Assembly (NCBI GenBank): GCA_903916255.1
Contig: CAIWVW010000004.1
Coordinates: 3,895 to 67,894 of the forward strand
Direction of reading: 5' to 3'
Source of the DNA: an uncultured Bacteroidota bacterium
GTDB taxonomy: Bacteria; Bacteroidota; Bacteroidia; JABEUT01
Length of the DNA stretch: 64,000 bases
Shown here in pieces: positions 42,271-50,400 of the stretch. The notes under the pieces are model-generated. The model made no database searches, was not told where the DNA came from, and saw only the letters and a list, made by a program, of their open reading frames with translations. A program made the translations under genes and the position numbers. Numbering within the stretch: the stretch's first letter is position 1; every line of letters starts with the position of its first letter.

Positions 42271-42995
42271 CGGTTGACGTCTTTCAATCAATAGATGCGC
42301 TGAGGGAAGCCGTTGCTGAATATATTATAACGGTTTCAAAAAAATCCATTGCTGAAAGAGGCAGGTTCACAATCGCACTTTCGGGTGGGGATACGCCCCA
42401 AAAATTATATGCACTGTTAGCTAAAACACCCTACTCTGAACAGATAGAATGGAAAAAAACTTTTGTTTTTTGGGGCGATGAGCGCTGGGTTCCTTTCGAT
42501 GACAGGCGGAACAATGCGTATCAGGCAAAATCAATTTTGCTTGATAAAGTTACTATTCCGGCATCCAACATTCACCGTATCCCTGTTAATTTATCACCTA
42601 ATCAGGCGGCAATTAAATACGAAAAAGAACTACGGGCTTTTTTTGGAAATGAACCAATTCAATTTGACATGATACTGCTTGGCCTTGGCGAGAACGGGCA
42701 TACAGCCTCTCTTTTCCCCGGTACAAAAGTAATTCATGAACATGCGGAAGGTGTAAGGTTCGTTGAAATGAACCCGCCGATTGGCGGGCGAATTACCATG
42801 ACAGCCGCTTTAATTAACCAAGCGCATCACATACTTTTTCTTGTAACCGGAGAAAAGAAAGCGGTTATTTTAGAAAAAATTTTGGATGATTCATACCAAC
42901 CCAATCTATATCCTGCGCAGCTTATAAAACCCCTCCATGGAGATTTAATTTGGTTTGCAGACCAGGAAGCGGCATCGCTGATTAAGCAGTTTTAG
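42264..42995 (+). CDS. pgl: 6-phosphogluconolactonase
   Basis: ALSGGDTP, FWGDER, LGLGENGHTASLFP, RITMT, YPAQ. Confidence 0.97.
   Translation: MNSVDVFQSIDALREAVAEYIITVSKKSIAERGRFTIALSGGDTPQKLYALLAKTPYSEQIEWKKTFVFWGDERWVPFDDRRNNAYQAKSILLDKVTIPASNIHRIPVNLSPNQAAIKYEKELRAFFGNEPIQFDMILLGLGENGHTASLFPGTKVIHEHAEGVRFVEMNPPIGGRITMTAALINQAHHILFLVTGEKKAVILEKILDDSYQPNLYPAQLIKPLHGDLIWFADQEAASLIKQF
42773..42788. repeat. Short GC-rich hairpin in frame inside pgl
   Basis: CCCGCC-GATT-GGCGGG encoding PPIGG just before RITMT. Confidence 0.5.
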
Positions 42996-43067
42996 GGTTT
43001 ACTAGAAGATGAATGTTGAACAATTTTTGTTTTGAAACAGGGTAATAGATATGCCTAAAACTAACCT

Positions 43068-44387
43068 TTATATTAAAGTCAACCTATATAATTTATCACT
43101 AATCGTTATTTCTTTTATACCTAATTCTTTTGCTACCAATACGTAAAGCAGTTTACGGACTTGGTTTGATAAATCTCGAAGCTCTTCCCCCTTCAAAACA
43201 TCTTTATCAAAATCTCCAAAATGAGTATAATAGTTTCTAGATTTCGTAAACTTTGTTTCCCAACCATCTTGAAGGTCTAACTCAACTAATGTGGCCGGAT
43301 TCAATTCTTTACAAAGTGCATTTACTCTTTCCCGTAAAGTGGGAGATTTAATAAATGAAAAACAATTATATATCCTTTTTATATGCCTTTTCGGTGCGCC
43401 TATATTTTTAACTTTTTGCATCCACTTATCCATCTCTTTCACATAGGTAAGCTTATAATCTTTTCTTAATTTTCGATGAAACGTTTCTATCGCTCTTGCA
43501 ATATTTAGAAATCTAACTTCAGGGCTCAAGTAGTAGTTATTAAATTCCATAATCAAAATATCGATAACTTGCCTAATCTCCTCGTACAATCTATCCCAAT
43601 TTTTAATAACACTGGGTAAATATTCCTTTATCGTTTTAAAATCAATAAACGGCGCATGGTGCGTATCCCATTTTAAACTTTTCTCTGAATTTAAATCGAC
43701 AAAATATACTCTATATCTTTCACCATTGTTATCGAAAATAGAAATCTCTGTAAATGCAGAATAACTATCAGATAATAATTGAAAAAAGGTTCTATACTTA
43801 TAAACTATCTCAAGCAATACGTTAAATTCCTTTCCTAATAAAGATTCGATTATTATTGAGGATATAAGGTCAAATTCCAACTTATTGTATACGCTTTTTT
43901 CCATTATTTCACTTTTAAATGTAATTGAGCTGTTGGAAATATCAAAAGTCAGTGTGGATGTATTAGGGACAGTTATGGTCCTTGAGGGTAACTTCTTTTT
44001 AGTTTTATAATCAACTTTAGGAAACCATGCACTTAAATTAACAAGACTGAATGAGATTCTTTTGAATAAATTATCACTGGGAAATTTTCTTGAACTTAAC
44101 ATATAGTCAGCATCGAAAAGAGTATTGAAATACCTGTCATTTACAAGGTTAGGTGCTCTCCTTCGTGTATTATAGAACGTGTAATAACCAAATTCACACT
44201 CCGCATATAATGCCATGTTATCTATAAAGTCAATAGGTTCCATTAAGTCAATGAAAATCCCATTATTATGTTGATATGTAAATTTCCCTGGAATTTTAAC
44301 TGCATTTTGTTCTAGTGAAGTATAAAATGTACAATTAGCGTGTTCAATCTCTTCTGAGATAGGATATGTCTTAAAATTTAATTGCAT
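43068..44387 (-). CDS. ApeA-like HEPN-domain protein (candidate anti-phage RNase)
   Basis: N-terminal beta-rich domain (IPGKFTY, NLSAWF); FLNIARAIETFHR; RX4H motif RNYYTH at 43221-43238; visibly AT-richer than its neighbours. Confidence 0.78.
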   Translation of the reverse strand: MQLNFKTYPISEEIEHANCTFYTSLEQNAVKIPGKFTYQHNNGIFIDLMEPIDFIDNMALYAECEFGYYTFYNTRRRAPNLVNDRYFNTLFDADYMLSSRKFPSDNLFKRISFSLVNLSAWFPKVDYKTKKKLPSRTITVPNTSTLTFDISNSSITFKSEIMEKSVYNKLEFDLISSIIIESLLGKEFNVLLEIVYKYRTFFQLLSDSYSAFTEISIFDNNGERYRVYFVDLNSEKSLKWDTHHAPFIDFKTIKEYLPSVIKNWDRLYEEIRQVIDILIMEFNNYYLSPEVRFLNIARAIETFHRKLRKDYKLTYVKEMDKWMQKVKNIGAPKRHIKRIYNCFSFIKSPTLRERVNALCKELNPATLVELDLQDGWETKFTKSRNYYTHFGDFDKDVLKGEELRDLSNQVRKLLYVLVAKELGIKEITISDKLYRLTLI

Positions 44388-44399
44388 GAATTTTATTTT

Positions 44400-44418
44400 A
44401 TGCTATCAAAGATAGCAT
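44400..44418 (-). promoter_or_regulatory. -7 box embedded in an inverted repeat upstream of the HEPN gene
   Basis: ATGCTATC-AAA-GATAGCAT; minus strand contains TATCTTTG. Confidence 0.55.
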
Positions 44419-44444
44419 TTCAACAAATTCCCATATCTGGCAAA

Positions 44445-47400
44445 CTACACTTCGAGTGTATTTTGTATATTTAATTTCACCTCCACATTATGCTCCACCC
44501 CATCATCTGCAAGCGTAATTGTCTTATCCGCTTGCTCTACTCCATCAACAATAACTTGCATTTCAACTGCTAACTGCTCACTGCCAACTTCTAACTTTTT
44601 TTGTGTAAAGCAAATATGATACATCGTATTCCAGTAGCGATAATGTATTTTAAATGTTTCCCATTCTTCAGGCACACAAGGTGCAAATTTTAATTTGTTT
44701 GCGTCCTGTTTCATTCCGAGGAAATATTCTACTATAAGCTGGTACAACCAACCCGCAGAGCCGGTGTACCATGTCCATCCGCCTCGCCCTGCATGGGGTT
44801 CACGGGCATACACGTCAGCAGCTAACACATAAGGCTCTACTTTATAAATTGCAATCGCTTCCGCAGTTTTTCCATGGTTAATCGGGTTTATCATATTCAA
44901 TAATTCCCACACCCGTTTATTATCGCCCAATTTGGCAAAGGCCATTATCATCCATACAGCGGCATGTGTATATTGCCCGCCATTCTCGCGTACTCCGGGC
45001 ACGTATCCTTTAATGTAACCGGGGTTTAAGTTAGACTTATCGAATGGAGGTTCTAATAACTGAATAATACCCGCATCTTTTTTTACAAGGTTTTTGTATG
45101 CCGACTCCATAGCGGTGTTAACGCGTTCGGGGCTTCCTGCACCTGATATTACCGACCAGCTTTGCGCAATGGAATCAATCTTGCATTCTTCATTAACTGA
45201 TGACCCTAACGGTGTGCCATTATCAAACCAGGCGCGCTTGTACCACTCGCCATCCCATGCATTTTTATCAATATTTTCTTTTAATTGTTGTGCCTGCTTT
45301 TTGCATTCTTCAGCAAACAAGTCCCCTTCGCCCCCATCCGGGGATTTGGAGGCATATAAGCGCGCAATTCCTTCAAACCTGATTAGTACATCATATAGAA
45401 AGAATGCCATCCACACACTTTCGCCTTTGCCTTCATTGCCTACTTTATCGTATCCGTCGTTCCAATCTCCCGCGCCAATTAAGGGCAGCCCGTGTTTCCC
45501 GAAAGTAAAGCCATGTTTTATGGCTTGCACACAATGGTCATAAAGTTTTACAGATGTATTCGATTTGGTTGGGGTATCGTAATACGATTCTTCCCCGGGG
45601 TTTAATTGCCGCCCTTCAATAAATGAGACATTCTCATCCAGCACACCTGTATCTCCCGTTGTTGAAACATAAAGTGCAGTGGCGAGCGGTAACCAGAGAT
45701 AATCGTCGGAGCAGCGGGTTCGCACACCATTTCCGATTGGAGGATGCCACCAATGCTGCACATCTCCTTCTTTAAACTGGCGGGAAGCAGATAGCAAAAT
45801 TTGCCCGCGGGCCAGATGCGGCACCGTATGCAAAAGTGATAATACATCCTGCAACTGGTCCCTGTAGCCAAAGGCCCCTCCGGATTGATAAAACCCGCTG
45901 CGGCCCCATAGGCGGGAGGAAATTGTTTGGTAAGTGAGCCAGCCATTTGTAATCATATTTATTGCAGCATCCGGTGTTTCAACCTTTAATGCACCCATTA
46001 TGTGGTTCCAGTTTTGTTTCACCCTTTCCAATGCATCATGGGCTACCGCACTTCCCCTGAATTGCCGTGCTGTTGCGCTTGCTTCAGCAGCGGTTTTTCC
46101 CGCTCCGAGGCGGAATATAATTTCATTCTCTTCGCCATCTGCCAAATCGAAAGGCACTTGGATGGCAGCACAAGGGTCCAGCGCAAGCCCAATCCTTCCT
46201 GAAAGTTTCATCCGGGACATGGCATCAGGATTTTGCAAAGTGCCATTGCGCCCGATAAATTCGGTTCTATCGGATGTGAATGTTTTCTTTATAAAATCCA
46301 CATCAAAAAATGCGACACGCGAAGAAAATTCTGTATTGTAAGGGTTTTTTGCAAATAGCGCACCGCTGTCCGGGTCAACTTCTGTATGGGTGTACATGGC
46401 TGCTTTCATCCGGTTATTATCAAGAACCCACTCCGTATAGCCTGTAACGGAAAGCTTGCGCGCCCTGCCCGATTGGTTTTTTATTTTTAAAACAGTGAAT
46501 TTTATTGCCGCATCAATATCTACATATACGGTCATTTCGGTATATATCCCATCTTCCATATGTTCAAATACGCTGTATCCAAAGCCATGACGGGTAATGT
46601 AAGGCGTTTCCCCGCCGCTCGGAAGAAGTGTGGTTGACCAGAACTGCCCGGTTTCATAATCCCGTATATAAAATGCTTCACCGCCTGAATCGCTTACAGG
46701 GTCATTGTTCCAGGGTGTAAGCCTTAGTTCATGGGCGTTTTCAGTCCATGTATAAGCAGAGCCGCTTTCTGAAACAACAGTTCCGAAATTTGGATTTGCA
46801 ATTACATTCACCCAAGGAGCGGGAGTCTTATTTTTATTGTCAACTACAATTACATACTCAAGCCCATCGGGAGTGAAGCCTCCTAATCCATTATGAAAAA
46901 TTAAATCAGTAGGCACCACTATCGGCGTTAAATCAGGTTGATACTTCTCCGGTTTTGTAATATATGGAATCACCAGCTTTGATAGAGGTTTGCGCTTAAC
47001 ATGGTCGGCTAATGTCCCACCGTTATCGGAAATATTAATGCGTGCAACCGTTTGAAATAAAATCCGGTCTTCGTTTGAAATCTGGTCAGAAGCTCTTACA
47101 AATACTCCACCCGGACGGTCGGTTAATTCAGCAGGAATCAAGGCTTGTATTTCATTTTGGAAAACTTGACGATAACCTCCATGTTCCTCGTTCCAAATAA
47201 CCAAATCGACGGCAAGCCCCTTTAAACGCCAATAAGCATGCGCTTGTATGAGCTGCTTTACCAACTGCATATTAGTCTGCTTCTCGATTTTTAAAAGGAC
47301 AATGGGTAAATCGCCGGAAATGGAATAACCCCACAGGCCAGACTGTCCGCGGTGATTATTGATAAGTATAGCGGGGTCGGCACGGAATACGGGATTTGTA

Positions 47401-50400
47401 AATAAAATAGAGCTTGCAAGTTTACCATACAATTGCGCATCCGCTTCCGACGCATTTATTTGCCGCAACACTATCTGGCTGTGTGTCCAAGATAATTCAA
47501 ACACACGGTCTTTATGCGGTTTGTCCTGGTATTTATCAATCAGGTTGCGGCAGGCATCCTGAGTATCGGCAATACCTATAACCATATCAATCGTAACTTT
47601 TTCTTCCGGTTCAAGAACAATTTTGTAACGGATTGCAACAATCGGGTCCAATACCGAACCCTGGTTTCCTGAAAGCGGTCCCGGTTTATTCATCACCTGC
47701 GGATTCACAGTAGAATTTCTGCGACCAATAAATTCCAGGCGGTCGGTTTCGTAGGATACTTCCACTTTGTCTTTACCATGCAATGACATCAAATGGAACA
47801 TCCACGGCAATTGTTCATCTGCGGAGCGCGGCCTGCGGGTGCAAAGGATTGCATGCTGCGACGGAATAATTTCGGTTTGCACGAAAAGGTTGCTGAATGC
47901 GGGCTGCATCAGGTCGGATGCTGCCGGTGCAAGCACTACTTCGGCATAGCTTGTAACTTCAATAATTCGGCGGACATCGGAACTGTTGGTAATAACAACC
48001 CTCCTTATTTCAATATCATCTTCCGGTGAAACTACAATTTCTGTATGTGTTTCTATTTCGCTGTTGTTGTTTGTGAAATCTACACGCCCCTGCGAAAAAG
48101 CCGCTTCGTATTTATCGCCTTTTTTCAGTGTAGGCTGGTGTGCGTTTGACCAAAATGTTTCACTTTTCAAATCGCGTATATAGCAAAATGTCCCCCAGTT
48201 ATCACAGGTGCCATCCTCGCGCCAGCGTGTAACGGCAAGGTTTTTCCAACGGCTGTATCCGCCTCCTGCATTTGTTACCATCACATGGTATCTGCCGTTC
48301 GATAATAATTGCACTTCGGGAATTGGAGTGTTGGGAGTATTGATGATTCTGGTTTCAGTACCGCTCACAACATAATTTACATCTGTTATGTCTGTAGTAT
48401 GCGCAAAGAATGTAGTTGCTTTAGGAATACGTTCTTGCAGTAATAGAAGTGTTGCCATAAACTGTGGCTCCGCCTCAAATAATTTTTGCATAGGTTGGTC
48501 AAGCAGCAGATAGGCCAGCGACAGCAGGCTCATCCCCTGATGATGCGCCATGAATGAATACACGATGGCATTGGTTTGGCCCGGAGCCAACCGGGATGGT
48601 GTGTAATCTATTGCTTCATAAAACCCATATCGCCCTTCAAACCCTTTTTTGGCAAGCAGTTCCAGGTTTTCACATGCTTTTTCTGGCGCAACCATCAAAG
48701 CAAGCGCAGATGCATAGGGGGCAATAACGGAATCTTCTTCCAGTCCGCGTTTTAAACCAAGCCCCGGTGCGCCAAATGCACGATACTGGTAATTGGAATT
48801 AGCGTTTACCGTATTATATCCCGATTCAGAAATCCCCCATGGCAAGCCTGATTTTTTCCCGTATTTAATTTGCCATTCCACCGCTGCATTATACGTTTGG
48901 TCGAGCAGTGTATTTTCATAGGTGGGCATCACTAAAAGTGGCATAAGGTATTCGAACATCGAACCGCTCCAAGAGAGAAGAATAGGGTCTCCATTCACGT
49001 TAGTAAGCAAGCGCCCCAATGCAAACCAACTCTGTTCAGATAGTTTTCCTTGTGCAATACCAATAAAGGTACATAGCCTGGCTTCTGATGCAAGCAAATC
49101 GTAATAACTTGCATCCATTCGGTGTTCCTGCACATTATACCCAATCGTAAACAAAGAGCTTGATTTATCCAATAAGAAATCCCATTCCATATCGGCCAGT
49201 TCATGACTTTGCCGGGCAAGGGTTTCAGCTAAACTAATCCTTTCCTCCGCAAGCGCAATTGATTTTGATAAAGAAATTTTAAATGCTTCCAGCCACTCAT
49301 TTTCGGAAGAAGTATTGCTTTCAGTTTTAGAATGGCTTACTATATTTTGAAGTTCCAGCGCAGTTTCCAATAATTCGAGCAATGTTGAATTTGTGTCCAT
49401 TGAAACAAGATATATGAATTTCGACGGGGCATTCATCAGCATGGCCCATGGCGCAAAAATTTGAAAATATTCATTGCTTTGCTCTATTTGCTTTTGTAAT
49501 AATATCTTCCACCAGTAGATTTCACTCTGCACATCATTATTTAACTTATCAAAAATGGAACTGAATTTATTTGTTAATGCTTCTATATGATAAATTACTT
49601 CGTGCCGTGTAATCAGGTCAAGCTTGCAGATGTTATCCAAATCGATTTTAAATTGTTGCAAAAGCGCTTTATCCTTTTCCTCAATGGTGTCAATAAGCAC
49701 GTATAACGTATCCCGCAACCCTTCAAATAAATTCACGCCAATTATTTTTTGGTGCGGTATGGCAAGCAACCCTTGTTTGAGTATAATCAGATATCCGGCA
49801 AGGTTTCCGCTATCAACAGTGGATATATACTTTGGCAATAACGGGCTTAATGTTTCAGTATCATACCAATTATAAAAATGGCCCCTGTAGCGTTCCATTT
49901 TTTTCATAGACTCTATTGTCTTTCTTGTTCGGTCAATAAATTCTCCGGTGGTAATATAGCCGAAATCCGAGGCAGATAAATTGGCAAGCAATGAAATGCC
50001 AATATTGGTTGGGGAAGTGCGGTGCGCTATTAATGAAACAGGTTGTTCCTGGAAATTATCAGGCGGCAAAAAATTATCTTCCTGCACAACAAACCGTTCA
50101 AAATAGCTCCAGGTTTTCCTTGCAACTTTCCTTAGGAAGATATTTTGTTCATCGGTAAGTGCTGCCACCGGTTTCGCAATCGGCCTGCTTATTCTCCATG
50201 TTATAATGGGTGTAATAAACCACAGGAACAATATAGGACTGACAATGATTAACTTTCCGGGAGAATAAAATGCTATGTAGAAAAGTAATGTTGAAGCAAG
50301 AAATGGTTCAATCCACATGGAAGAATAACTATAAACTAATCGCTTTTGGTAGCTGGCTGACGAATTTGATGATGGGTTCCATTCAAGAAGTTTTTTCCGC

